Below, in pieces: positions 12,401-25,434 of a DNA stretch of 64,000 nucleotides (positions within the stretch are counted from its first letter, which is position 1; every line of letters starts with the position of its first letter). The stretch is taken from positions 10,664,001 to 10,728,000 of the forward strand of contig NC_047028.1 of the NCBI RefSeq assembly GCF_902652985.1, written 5' to 3'. The position numbers were made by a program, and so were the translations under genes. The notes under the pieces were generated by a model that saw nothing but the letters and a program-made list of their open reading frames with translations, was not told the DNA's origin and did no database searches. This DNA is from Pecten maximus (Eukaryota).

Positions 12401-15400
12401 TTACAGTTCATATTTTGTCTTTGAAAATTTCATTTGATATAGAAAAACATTTGAAGAAAACTTGGCAGTCATTGCAGACAAACTGGTTGCTGCTAGAAAA
12501 TTCTATGTAGGTATTAAAAAAAAAAAAAAATACTCAAGTATGCTCTGTATGTGTTAATGATAATATTTAATCAATACATTTTGTTTTTCTTACTAAATAA
12601 TAAATATTCTTAAAAAAGTAAACTATAGTTAAATTACTGGCATGCTTGTCAAATTTTCAAATATGGGCAGTGATATTGAATTGGATGGTGAAAGTTAACA
12701 TTAAATTATAATTGTCCTCACAACCTAAATGTGCTGGCAAAAAAGGTGTCCTCACAACCTAAATGTGCTGGCAAAAAAACGGCTGAGTTAAGTTAAAAAA
12801 AATATCTGGGCAGCTATAAACCTAAAATAAAAGACAGGAAAAGATACACATGTATAGGGATGGCTGACAGGTATGGATCTTTTAGTTTTGATCATCATTG
12901 ATCAAGGTTAAAAGTCAAAAGTCACTTAATTACTTTCAAGAGAGGTTGGGGGGTGTGTGAGCCCTACTCCTATAACATAAGAGGCCGCTGTTCGGCTCTT
13001 TTTCTATCGGATATGGTTTTACCGACTGCGACAGCGCCTGTCAAAAGTATCTTGCCGTGTAAAACCTCTAAAATTTTTGGAGTAGTGTGAGCCCCTGCTC
13101 ACTTTGCAGAAATAATCTTTTCTTTTTCTGGTATTCATTTAGGATGATGGCAATCTAAGCCAGGAAATATCAGCAATTGAGGAAAGAAAACTGCAAATGG
13201 AAAGTAAAGGTAGATTTATTTTTAAAATTTTGGATGCATGTAAAACTCTACACTTTTAGATGAAATTATAATTTAGTATAATTTGTGTAGTTTTGTGTTT
13301 TTATATAATAAATTGTAACGTAATGATTATATATAATTTGTATTAATAATTTTAAAATTGTTTCTACAGAAACTAAGTAAATTAATTTGATTGTATCATG
13401 TACATGTATACATGTGATTATTGCCTTATTCTAAACTGATGGTAGCAGACTTTGAGGATGGAAATTCTTCTCTCTTTTTTTTCATTTTTTTTTTCATTTT
13501 GAAAACGTGCAGGAATGGGTTATGTAAGGAAATTGCTTAAAAACAACCTGTTAGTTTTGATAAATATCAAGGATGGTTGTTTGAGTTATAGACAAATCAT
13601 ACATAAGGTGTCAGATTGATGCATATTATTGGGTGTCCGATAAGACGTGGTTAACTGACTTGTGTGTGTTCCATCTATAGAATCTGTAGGGTGTCAGATA
13701 AGTTAAACTGACCTGTAGATCAGACAGGATGTTAGATAAGTTTAAACTGACCTGTAGATCAGACAGGATGTTAGATAAGACCTGGTAAACTGTTATACTT
13801 TGTGTCCCATACCTGGTAAGGGTTCAGTTAAGATCTGACTGTAATATCCCACAGGGTTCAAGATGAGACAGGTTAATCTATTTTTGGTTCTACAGGATAT
13901 CAGATTAGACAAGTGAAATCTGACTTGTATCCCTCACAAAGTGTTAACTCGATCAGGCAAGTTAATCTGACGTGTGTGTCCCACATGGTATCGGATAAGG
14001 CAGGTTAATCTTGATTGTGTGTGTTCCACAGTGTGTCTTATTAGGCAGGTAAATCTGAGTTGTGTTCCCCAACAGGGTGTTAATTGGATCTGGCAGGTCA
14101 ATTTGACTTGTTTGTCTCACATGATATCGAGTTAGACAGGTAAAATCTTGATTTGTGTTCCCCACAGGGTGTTTACTAGATCAGGCAGGCTAGTCCGACT
14201 TTAAATTGTGTGTCGCACAGGACGTCAGATTAGACAGGATAATTTGACATTTGTGTCCTACAGCATGTCAGGCAGGACAGGTTAATCCGACTTGTGATCC
14301 CCAACAGGGTGTTAACTGGATCATGCAGGTTAATCCGACTTGTGTGTACACTTGTGTTCCACAGGGTGTCAGATTAGACAGGTTAATCTGAATTGTGTTC
14401 CCCAACAGGGTGTTTACTAGATCAGGCAGGTTAGTCTGACTTGTGCGTGTGTCCGTCAGGGTGTCAGATTAGACAGGATACTCTTGACTTTTGTGTCCTA
14501 CAGGGTGTCAGATTAGAGCAATCTGTCATTTTCCCACAGGGTGTCAGATTAGACAGGTTAAACCGGCTTGTGTGTCCCACATGGTGTCAAATAACTCTGA
14601 TTAATTTGGCTGTCATATTGTCTCACAGGGTGTTGGATTAGACAGGTTAATTGGACTTGTGTGTCCCACAGGGTGTCAGATTAGACAGGTTTATCTGACA
14701 GTCATTTGTCTCACAGCGTGTCAGATAAGATGAATATCATGTGTCTCAAACACAGTTTAGTCATCAATACAGGAAGTCAATAAGTGATGATGTATTCATA
14801 TATTCGATGCTTCCTTCCTGTGTGGATTTATGTTTCTCGGGAAGCTGAGAAACACTGAAACAGGCCGATCTTTGCTGCAGTGGTTGTGTCTTGGGTTTGA
14901 CACTTCACCCTAATTGCTCTGGATGGCATGTATCTGGCCTCCTATATGTTGTTCAGTGATGTAATCACCGACTACTACAAATAAACCTCACTTCAAAGTA
15001 ATCCTGGATGTTCAAGCTACTTATGAAAACATATATTTCATACCAAAGTATGAAATATGAAAAATATTCCCCAGAAAATGTGTATAGAGAGGGAAAAAAT
15101 ATGTTTCCAGTGTTTGGTGTACAGTCACATTTCTTCATTTTTTTAGTTGGACAACACTAAAAGGAAACATTAAAAGTTTTGATAAACAGTACTGATTATA
15201 CAAAACTTCATTTTGTGTTTTAATTTTAACATTATCTTGTAATTCAGTGTGGTTGAGTGGCACAGTTGTGACATGCTTGTCTTTGATCTAGTTGGCCGGG
15301 TTCCTTTTTCATGATAAGTTCTGGGGTCACCTGCCTGACCAGGTGGGTTTTCTCCAGATACTCTGGTTTCCTCCTACAGTAAGACCCCTCACGCACAACC

Positions 15401-16316
15401 TGGGCCAACAAGAGTGATTGGTATAAGTTGGTATAATATATACAATCTTTTTAATTTAGTGTAGTCTAAAACATGAAATTGTTGAAATATTTGTCTACAG
15501 CTGCAGATTTCTATCAAGAAATGATGGCACTGCAATCAAGTTTTGAGGAAATAAAACTTGAAGCAAAAACTCAGGAAGATCACTTCAATGACAGCGGGAT
15601 TGACATGGATACAAAGAAAACAATCAAGTATGTACATTATTTAAATTATAGCTCATAACTTAACTTTTACATGTACATGGTGTGCGAGACTTCAGTGGGG
15701 CTATACTTGAGCTCGACTAATCAGAGCAAAAACTTTGTTCTTTGTCAAACTGAAATCCCCCTTTACCAGGCATGTTGGACAATAATGCATTTGTATACAA
15801 TGCATATATAATGAGTATGTGATGAATGTCATTCGTAGTTCTTTGATTCTTTTAAGTACACTTCCATCAAGTTATATATAGTCAACATGTGACTGCACTG
15901 TCATAAATTGAAAATATTCATTTATATGAAAGCCAAGAGCCTGAATGATATCTGGTGTTACACCTCAAATCAAATGTGGTTAGGAAAAAGGAATTAATAT
16001 AAGCTTTAATCTTGTTTTCCAATCCCAAATTGTAAAAGATGTATGCATACTTGAATGAATTTTGATTAAAGTATTGTTAAACTAAATATTGTTTAAAAAA
16101 GATCAAAGTTCATAGTCTGAACCTCAATAAGTAATGCACTGCCACATTGTGCGGAGTTGATAGATTTTTTATGTGTATTGTTTCAGTAAATATTTATTTT
16201 ACATTCAATTCAGGTCACTGTTCCAAGTTGAACATGAGCTAGCCTCCTCAGCACTACAGAAGGCTGAAGTAGACCTACAGGAAGACAAGGAATCGCTTGA
16301 TAAACTCAAAGTGTAA
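9423..16316 (+). CDS. Uncharacterised 220-aa coiled-coil protein, 9 coding exons
   Basis: Exons 9423-9456, 9868-9942, 10771-10818, 11243-11297, 11985-12074, 12443-12506, 13143-13209, 15501-15627 and 16214-16316 are all GT-AG and phase-compatible, 663 nt in total. Translation MLRQSLNEVQHERSCLENKLHEQRAKRRGLEQELEKTKVKLAQMKDLHTKRTEISKVLHHKVGQFQTLANSIEEENQTRRKTIAEKNGQIASLKENQLEEIKTFEENLAVIADKLVAARKFY...LQEDKESLDKLKV. AATAAA at 16576. Confidence 0.85.
12292..12332. mobile_element. 25-bp palindromic transposon remnant flanked by an 8-bp target-site duplication
   Basis: TATGGAGT [CGGAGACCTA GTATA TAGGTCTCTG] TATGGAGT. Confidence 0.7.
13600..14730. repeat. Degenerate intronic tandem satellite, unit about 40 bp
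   Basis: Recurring CCCACAGGGTGTCAGATTAGACAGGTTAATCTGACTTGTGTGT variants. Confidence 0.85.
15240..15470 (+). mobile_element. V-domain-type SINE fragment
   Basis: GGGTTTTCTCCAGATACTCTGGTTTCCTCCTACAGTAAGACCCCTC core, shared with the copies at 17.4 and 48.5 kb. Confidence 0.6.
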
Positions 16317-17349
16317 TTTTACTGTAAAACATGAAAAACTATTGACCGAAATATTCCGAACAATATCTATTATTATTTATTTAAAAACTATTTAAATGTG
16401 TGATCAAATTTACCATAGTCAAATTTCACAACTTGTAATATTAAAGATATTTGTAACAGGAAGAATTGTTAAGTGGATGATTTCTCACTGTATATATAAC
16501 AAAGGAAAAGCTATTACATATTAATCACTGAAGTATTTGTTGTTTTGTTAAACTTGCATTTAATTTGTTGTTTCCAATAAATGAGTTATTGATGAATTTT
16601 TATTGCACAAGCTTTTTTATGGCATCAGTTGTACAATGTATCATTTAGACAGTTTTTCCTTCATATACGGTATCTTTATACCTTACATATAACTTCAGTG
16701 ATTTTGATTTGGGGGGGGGGGGGGGGGGGAAGAGTTATGAATATCTGGGAATCAGATAAAATCATCGAGTGTGAAAAGTTTGAGTTTGAACTTGCCTTAA
16801 ACAGTTATAAAATGACTTGAAATGATGATGCAGACGTAATGACGGATGACATTACCAATTCAGTTTTGTTAAAATTACTTGATGAAAGATGATTACTGTG
16901 AGCTGTGAAGTTTCAGGAGAAGCTTCAAAATAAAGTTTGTAGAGAGAGGATCACATAAAAAAAACTCTATTGATAACACCAGAAACAAAACTGACCTTTA
17001 CAGAAGTTACCTAAAAATAGAGGTTCATAGTTCATGTGTATCCTCAAATAATTAAGCTTCCTCCCCTACTGGGGCCAGGAATTATTTGTGAACGTGACTT
17101 TTACCTTACTTATTAGAGGGCAGCGATTAATTTGAAGATAACACAGCAATATATAATGAATTAATGTGCATTAATCGGGAACCAGAATTTTTGTAATGCA
17201 GGTGGTTTTTAAGGCTGGTTCAACCTTGACCTTTGATTGATTATAAGCTAATATTCAAACTTGCCAAGGTCAATATGTCCAATGCCAACAAACTTGTGCA
17301 AGTAAATTGGACATTAAAGGAGATAATCCTAAGACGTTCACATTGGGTG

Positions 17350-17550
17350 GCACGTACAGTGGTAGCCCTATGCCTTTTACCTAGCTACACAGACGGCTGG
17401 GTTTAATTTCCTGATCACATGAGGAAAGGTATAGGGCGACACCTTCCTGACCACTTTTCTCCGGGTTTCCTGGTTTCCCCCCGTAGTAAGATCCCTTGCG
17501 CTCCCCCGAACAGGTTTAATATAATTTGATATAACTTGCTTCACAATTGT
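17350..17550 (+). mobile_element. V-domain-type SINE fragment
   Basis: Degenerate tRNA head followed by TTTTCTCCGGGTTTCCTGGTTTCCCCCCGTAGTAAGATCCC. Confidence 0.55.
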
Positions 17551-18443
17551 CATGGGGAAAAAAAAGGGCAATGAAAAATAGTGACGGGATAACATTATTC
17601 TGCTCCTTTGGAGGTTGGGGATTATAAATATGTAGCATTGATAATAAATCTATTCATATTATATTACAGTGACATTTCTAATAACTACTGCTCAGGAACT
17701 GACAGTATTCTTAAGTTAGGATATTACATGTATGAATTGTTTCAAATAACCACTGATTTTATCAAAAATGAAGAGTCAGAATTAATACAATATTAAAGGG
17801 AAATATTTTTCCATATATTTATTATCATTGTATTAATATTTCACAATAATTTTCATACTGTACAGATTTTCACAATGTATAAATTAAACAGTGAAATGTG
17901 CCAATATATAGATCTCTGTAAAATGTATTTATAGAACTTTGTAAATCTGTAGAAAAAAAAAGAAGACAATATTGTCGACAGTTCAAGGATTTTAGCACTG
18001 ACAAAAAAATCCAAAACATTAGTCTCGCAGGTTTGTATATCACATGATAAACTATAGATCTGTAGATAATCCAGCAAAAGTAACACATCTTAAAATGGAA
18101 ATTCTTCCTCGCTGAATTTCACTTTGAAAAAATAAACTGATGGCAGCATATAATTGTACAGCACATCTGACAAAATTATCAGATTGCATAAAGTGATATG
18201 GTTGGTTTCAAAAACTATTAATGTAAACGAGTATGAAAAAAAATTGTATTTTAACTCGTCTACTGTTAAATTTCCTGCTCCTGGTTTTCTGTACTCATAG
18301 TTTTGGAAAGTTTTCTCCTCAGTTACATCAAATACATATGATGTCTGCTGGCACAATATTAAAAATCAACAAATATCACAGTCTCTTCAATATGAAAATG
18401 TAGTTCTTCAAGTTTTTATAGATCCTAATTGTCACATATCTAT

Positions 18444-21400
18444 TTAACTGCTTGATTTTTTCCCGAAGATATCGTCTAACAATCGCAGGTAGTTGATGTT
18501 TGACACCGCGTTTTTGTCCTGTTTGGTGCCGCTCCAGTTGGAATCGTCAGGCACTGCTTTGTGCTGCATGGGAGGAACTGGTGCATCTCTCCAGTTCATG
18601 CTGTTCACTAGCTCTGTGTATTGTACTTCTCCCTTCTCATTGGCTGGGGCACTAAAACACAACCAGAGCACACTCGGTTAATTTGTGGAAAAAGTAACCA
18701 ATTGGTTCTGCTTGCTTGCTCTATCAGGCAATATTACGAATATACATTTTATGAACATTTTTACATTTCATGTACATTGTATGTGACTGAACATAATTTG
18801 ATCATGAAAAGTGATTTATTTTAAATCTTGACATCAGACACCCAGGGGAGATAACTTTTCATATCTACAATAAATGATCACATTTCGAAATAATATCTTA
18901 TTTCCCAATAATATTTATGTAGAGAACCTTTTAATAAAATGCATTTCCTTGTTTTAGGGGGTAGGGTGTATAAAAATGTTTTTATACTAGTTAAGATATA
19001 CATGTACATGAATGTTTATTTTGTGTACTGGAAATTTGTACATTTCTAACATTCAGAATATATTTTGTTACTTACATGGCCAGTGTGGCTCGGATGATGT
19101 CATCTGGCAGTGGTACATGGTGAGCGTGGAATACTGTCCGTACAGTATCCACATCTAAGAAACCAGTCCTGTTGAGGAAGGAAATCATATTTATAGCTTT
19201 ACCATTGTTTATATTATAACAACATTCAAATATCAATCTAATTATACAGTACAAGGAGGTAGTCATTAGAAATCATACATAGTGTTGTCTTACCAGTAAT
19301 ATATATTCATTCAAAAAAGATTCTAGTTATGAAGTAATATGGAAGTATTAAATCAAAGAAACCAGAAACAATATGTGTCTTTATCATTTATTTATGGAGA
19401 AGAAACAATGACTGTCTCCAAGTGAATGTTTCTAGCACTGTATACACCCTACTAGTCCATCCTACTACATGTTTTCAATTTAAATGTTCAGATTTGAAGA
19501 TATCACTTACTTGTGCTTGTCATTTTGCATGCAATCTTCCACGAGTTTGGCAAAACCCTCATAGTTCCTCTTCCTCAACTGCTCCTGTGTTATAGCCACA
19601 AGGTTGCGTGCATCGACTGTGTCCTCACCCGTCTTCTCTGCATAGTATCGGGCCAAGGTCATGACCTCCTGGTCAGTCATTTCTGGATTAACTTGGCGCA
19701 GCAATGCCACCAGCTGGTCATAGGTGATGATTCCACCACCGCTGGGGTCATTCTTGGCGAAGAATGATCTGACCTCATCTGGGGTCTTTCCTAGAATGTT
19801 GCCAAGTCTGGAGACAATGCTTTCAATACTGGACTTGCTGAACTAAAATATGAAAGTATAGATAGTGAAGCTATAATTATCATTTTAAATTTTCAGGGAC
19901 AAGTTACAGTATCAATCATGATAATGGAATTATAGTTAGGATGTTTAGAAATCATAACTTATATTTGTTTCTTTGTTTATTTATTTAATTATAAGGTAGT
20001 GTCTTGAGTAGCTCATGTATAAATCATCTGTCCACACCAAAACTAAAACTGTCCCTAGAATGATTACCTCAGCAGAGTGGGCCTCCATGTAGTGGAAAGC
20101 GTACTCGTCAGCATCAATGAGTACAAACTTGTGACTGTTGAAGGTGACACAGGTACCGACGAAGAGATCCTGAGACAGGTAATACTCTGACATCCTTGTG
20201 CTGTACAGTGGCTGGTTTGGCTTCTTAACTCGCGACCTCTCAAGGAACTTCCCTCCAATAATACCTGTCCAGGATGATAAAAATATATTGTTTACATCTT
20301 CAATATAAATCAACCAGACCAAGGTCTGTTTACTGTTTCCATCAAAATCTATTCTACAAAAGCAAACTCTACAAACCCAGACTCAAATCAGATATCAATA
20401 CAAAAGCGTATATAAGGTAACTGACCAGAATTCCTGACTGGGGGCTCAAACACGAGAATGGTGTCATCAGACAAGAAGTAAGAGATGATGAATCGACGGT
20501 CCATGTCAATAGGCTTGGTGGTGTTCATCTTGGCCAGGAAACGCAGTACGTTGCTATCCAGACCACGACGGTCCTTCTCCATGAATTTAATGAAGTCACG
20601 CTTGGGTGGTTTTGGAAGTAGACCCATACATGAACAGAGGGAGTCCTCCTCACTGCCCCAGCCATTGTAAGGTGGAAACTCTTTCTCAAACCTCATATAG
20701 TTGTCTTTCTTGTATGGTACATCTGTGAAATCCGCTGAAAAATAAGTAAAATGTCAACACCAAAATTAGAAAATAGGTTCACACGTACAACTTATATTTA
20801 CAATGTAAATAAAATGAATTATAATTATTAGATATAGAAATCGAGTTTAATAAAAAAATGTTCTTAGTATTTTCCTAACACACATGCACCAGTATGTGTT
20901 TTTGTTATTTGTAAAAAATTCAGCTAAAATAAATACTTGAATAGCTGTCATTGTTTAGCAAGTGCTGACATCAAATGAATTTATGTTATTTGATATGCTT
21001 GAAATTCAGGCTTTTTTCTCACTGGTTGGGTTGGGGTCTTTATGTCTAATTTTGGAAAGAAAATTGGTGAATTGGGAATGATTTTTTCAGCAAATTTTGG
21101 GAATTTGGCTTAAATATGAAATAACTTTAATTATTCAGAAGGCGGCCCATAATAATGGCTACAAAAATCTCCTAGAAAAAGCCCTGAAATTCATTGTAAA
21201 TTTAATTCTGATCGGACACAAAGATAAATTAATCTACTTGCAAAACTAACATGTCAGGTAAGCAATATGGAGAAACTTACCAATGCCATATTTGGTTCTG
21301 TAGTACTCCTTAGTAAAATCATCACAGTCACATAACATGATCTTCCTGCCCCAGACATTGAGCACTGACCCTACAGTCAGGTCTTTGTCATTGTAGAAGT

Positions 21401-23875
21401 GGGTGTGTACCGCTCCGGTCTGAAAACACAATATAACAATATTGTATCTTTGATGTTACTTTAAAAAGTCTTAAATGTAATATCTTAACAGTTTATTACA
21501 ATTTTAAATAAAAGTCAGTCTTAATTGACCAATTAAAACATGTCAACAAAGTTTTACTCAATTGAAATTGTTTAAAAAATTATTTTCAATAAATATTATT
21601 ATTTTATCAGAGTTAAACCCATACAATAACTTATCTAAAGACTTGTTAATACAATACTATATTGAAGTTTTTAAAAGGAGGTGGTGATTTTTTAGATATA
21701 GGGATTGAACAGTGTTTTTATTGTGTTTAAAGTGGTATGAATGCAATGGGATAGGACATATTCTATAAAGTGTGTTTTTTCATGTGGTTACTGCAATCTG
21801 TAAGATATACTGTATCTGATTTCTTGCTACATAAACCAATGAGAAAGATTTGTTTACCTTCAAACTGTCTAGGATGTATCTGCCTCCATGACCAGTGGGA
21901 CCAAACACATTAAGTACAGTACGGTCCGTGACTTCACCAGGCTGTCTTAGAGATTCAATGTTCTTTGGAAGCTTGCCCCTCCTTAGGAACATGGGGACAG
22001 CGTCCCGTCCAGAGTTTGGAGGAATAACCTCGCGGATCTCAATAGTGTCATCAGCAAGGAAGTAGTGGAGGACCAGCTCCCTGGGGTCACCAAACATGTT
22101 GTCCGTGTCATCCCAGTAGCAGAAGAAACGGAGAACATGACGATCGTGATCAAGGAACTGTTTGAGTGTGTCGTGTTTCTCATAAGGTCTCAGTGGCTGC
22201 ATACTTTCATCCATCTGATATAAAACAACAGTTAAAGCAATTGACTTATAGCACTGCCATTTAGTTAAACACAACGACAAAAAATATTGAAAAAGAATAT
22301 ACACTGTATTCAATAAATTATGTAGATATAGGTTTATTGAAAAAAGAAAATATTTGAAGTAGGAAACCGAAACAATGTTACGTCTGATTTTTTTTACAAT
22401 TAATCCCAAAATTAAAACCAGAAAAAAGATTGCAACATATACATGTACACCAGTACTTACAGCTTTTCTGTATTTGGTGTATGGATCGTTGGGTGATGAA
22501 TCAGGTCGTTGTACACGGACACCAAGTTTTCTCAGGAAATTTTGAGTAAAATCATCACAGTTTGTTAGTTTGAAAACTTTGGAATACAGACTGATTTCCT
22601 TTCCTAGGTTGAAATCTTCTACTGTGTAGCATTCATCATCATTGGGTGCTGGTTTGGGAATTCTGTGTCGTCTTATTAATGTTCCTGTTTAAAAGAATTT
22701 CTAGTTTGTAATATAACACAAAAATTTTGAATTCCATACCGATGGCAAAAACTTTATATTACACATAGTTCTGAGTATAGATCAATTTAACATTATACTC
22801 CTGCTAATATACATTACCTACATGTTAGTCCTACGGTATTAAAGTACACATTGTATATAATTTTATCATAAAAGTGGAAATGAATGATATTAGAAATAAT
22901 CATGATGAAAATAAAAATATATTATTAATTAAAGATTTTCCTCAAATTTTAAGTTTATTTACTAACAGAGTCAGTTATTATGTGTACTTTCCAGATTAAA
23001 TTATTTTTGTAAATGCTGAAGGCAATAACATTTTATATTTACCTTGTGGAACACCACTGTTCTTTGCTCTTGGTTCAATCACCTGGATGGAATCATCTTC
23101 AAGGTAGAAATAAACTTTGCAATTCCTCACTCTGTATTGTTCTTCTCTCTTCTCGTGCACTGCCTCTTGGAAGTAAGCATCAAAGCAAAGGACCTGTCTG
23201 TCAAAGGCGACCCATGCTGGTACATTGCTGCCCTCTCCACTTGGGTACATTGTGTTCCTGGGTTTCAGTTTCTGTCCCCTTAATGGCTCTCCTCCTATAC
23301 CTGGCTTATCTTCGCCAACCAGCATGGACACTTCATTTTTGTATCCAAAATGGTGGGATTTGTGATGTTTAGTTTTTCCAAGCTATAAAATTTAAATTGG
23401 ATTAACGAATTAGTATTGTTTGTACATGATGTTTACAGGTTAGTGTACATTGTATACCATTAAATAATTTCTGTTTCTTGTAAGGTCTACATAATAATAA
23501 GTTCATAACCCACCCCTTTTCCTCCTATTTTTAAAACTTTTCTGACACCAAGGGCATTCTATACAAGACAATATTTTTCAATATTCAGCGTTGTTGGTGT
23601 ACGTGAACGTGCAAGAGAGACGTCTTAATGAGTTCATAAACGGATGTGTTTTATGAAAATAAGAACATGGATTGTAGAAACGACTTGTATGTTGTGATCG
23701 GTCTAAAAAATATTCATGTCTAACTCGTACTGAACGGGCAGTGTTGTGCCTTGCATTTCAATATCTTTTATATTTAGTTTTTAAAATAAACTCAAGCATT
23801 ATGAAAAATGAAAATGAACGTGCAATTACTTACACTGTTATTAAATGAGTTCCCTGGTAGGAATGGCAACGCCAT
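18444..23875 (-). CDS. EFHC2: EF-hand domain-containing family member C2 (three DM10 domains plus EF-hand region; ciliary microtubule inner protein), 10 coding exons
   Basis: Exons 23875-23834, 23382-23043, 22684-22461, 22214-21858, 21419-21281, 20734-20426, 20264-20068, 19842-19511, 19168-19076 and 18651-18444 splice in phase. MALPFLPGNSFN start, EDKPGIGGEPL, PAWVAFDRQVLCFDAYF, PLRPYEKHDTLKQFL, FPPYNGWGSEEDSL and C-terminal NWRDAPVP all match the EFHC2 (not EFHC1) pattern. Confidence 0.96.
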
Positions 23876-23968
23876 CTTGATGTAATACTCTGTCGATCTT
23901 CACTATTAAACACTTCAACAGTCTACCCGAGAACCATAACAGATGCACACAAGTTGTTAGTTTATCCG

Positions 23969-23982
23969 GTTACCAAGGTGCT
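23969..23982 (-). promoter_or_regulatory. Candidate RFX X-box upstream of EFHC2
   Basis: GTTACCAAGGTGCT: one perfect GGTAAC half-site and one degenerate half, about 95 bp upstream of the ATG of a ciliary gene. Confidence 0.45.
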
Positions 23983-24269
23983 GTCCCGGTATGAATGTGC
24001 TTCCGCGATCATAGTTACACTAGTACCATGCTTTCTTTGGATGTATTCATATTATTACTTCATATTCTGTCAAATAATGATATTTATAAGCTTAAAATAA
24101 ATACGATGGTAATTCAGCTGTTTTGATGTTAAAACTAAATTGAAATATAGGTATGAACTATATTACAGTAAAATATTCCATATTCATACACTACCGGAAA
24201 TAAAGGGCGATAATGCTGCTAGGAAAATTTGAAGGGAGCAATACATTGATGTATTTGTTAAGATTTGAA

Positions 24270-24625
24270 CACAGGGGCTCGGTTTCGAGCTTTTGAGTAA
24301 TATATGACATCAGAGGCCTACACCATGACATCTTATAAAAATCGGGGATATGTGGAGTGTGATATATCGGAGAATATGCATTTCATGAATTTATTTTTAT
24401 TTTTGTTAATAAACAAAAAATAATTAGATAGAATCTAGACCTGTGTTGTCGTCCACTGTGACGTACATAGTGTATGTTTAACAAAACTATTAAAAAAAGA
24501 AGTGATCAAACTCGTTTATAATTTTATAAGGTTTCAGAATATATAGTCTATGACTACTTAATTTGTAGTGTTGTGGTTACTGAACTGATATCATATGCTA
24601 CTAAGCCGGAACCCGAGCCCCTGTG
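24270..24625. mobile_element. Non-autonomous DNA transposon (P- or hAT-type) with 8-bp TSD
   Basis: TIRs CACAGGGGCTCGG ... CCGAGCCCCTGTG flanked on both sides by GATTTGAA. Confidence 0.85.
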
Positions 24626-25358
24626 GATTTGAATACATATTAACATTCTAGTAATCTCAAAAGATGGTGTTTTTTTCAAGAACAATGAAGGTATATTTTC
24701 ACTATATACAGGCAACATTTAAATCCCTGAGAAACATATATTGTCAGAAGCTTCATTAAATTGACAAGTGGGTTTTCCGGGGAATCCCCGTTTAGGCCTA
24801 GCGTTTCTAAAGGCCTATAGGCAAGACGAACAGTCGTTAACGTTGGTTCCCTTGTATTTCTGGCTCCAGCCCGGTCAGGCCCCACGTTTTTTTTCGAAAT
24901 GAAACAGTAACTTATTTCATTTCTTATTTTGATAACTCGTGTATGGTTTTCCCTTTTGTATTCATAGACAATATTTTATGACTGAAAATTGGTGTTTTAG
25001 ACTTTTCAAAACTAATGCGTACGCTTGTACATTTCAATTTTTGATAAATTATATTTGATCACTACTTTCTTACGGTTGGTTTTATTCGTAGCCATGGGAA
25101 CATATTTTTATTGCACTGATGGAATTACGTACATGTATGTTTCATGAGTAAAATATCGTTTTATAAACCCGGAGACGTATAATACGTCATACTTGTACGT
25201 TACTGATAAACTTGAGTGAATATATATAGCTATAGGGTTTCTTTAAACATGTTATTATCTACGGTAGGGTTTGCCCTATTTCGTGTTGTTAGATGTATGT
25301 ACATATAGCTGAAGTGCATTAAATACAAACATATTTTTTAACACCACGGTGAAAGTTA

Positions 25359-25434
25359 TGGCGCGGGAAGGATGTTATAATTAAATATTTTTGCCTAGGC
25401 AAAACTATTTAATTATGACATCCTTCCCGCGCCA
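25359..25434. repeat. Near-perfect 76-bp palindrome, probably TE-derived
   Basis: TGGCGCGGGAAGGATGTTATAATTAAATATTTTTGCC-TA-GGCAAAACTATTTAATTATGACATCCTTCCCGCGCCA. Confidence 0.8.

Noticed and set aside
18493-23372. Plus-strand ORFs overlapping EFHC2 exons
   Set aside because: Antisense shadows of coding exons with no independent splice or domain support.
24779-24789. NF-kB site GGGGAATCCCC regulating EFHC2
   Set aside because: Isolated match about 900 bp upstream, beyond a MITE, in GC-rich repeat-like sequence, with no supporting context.
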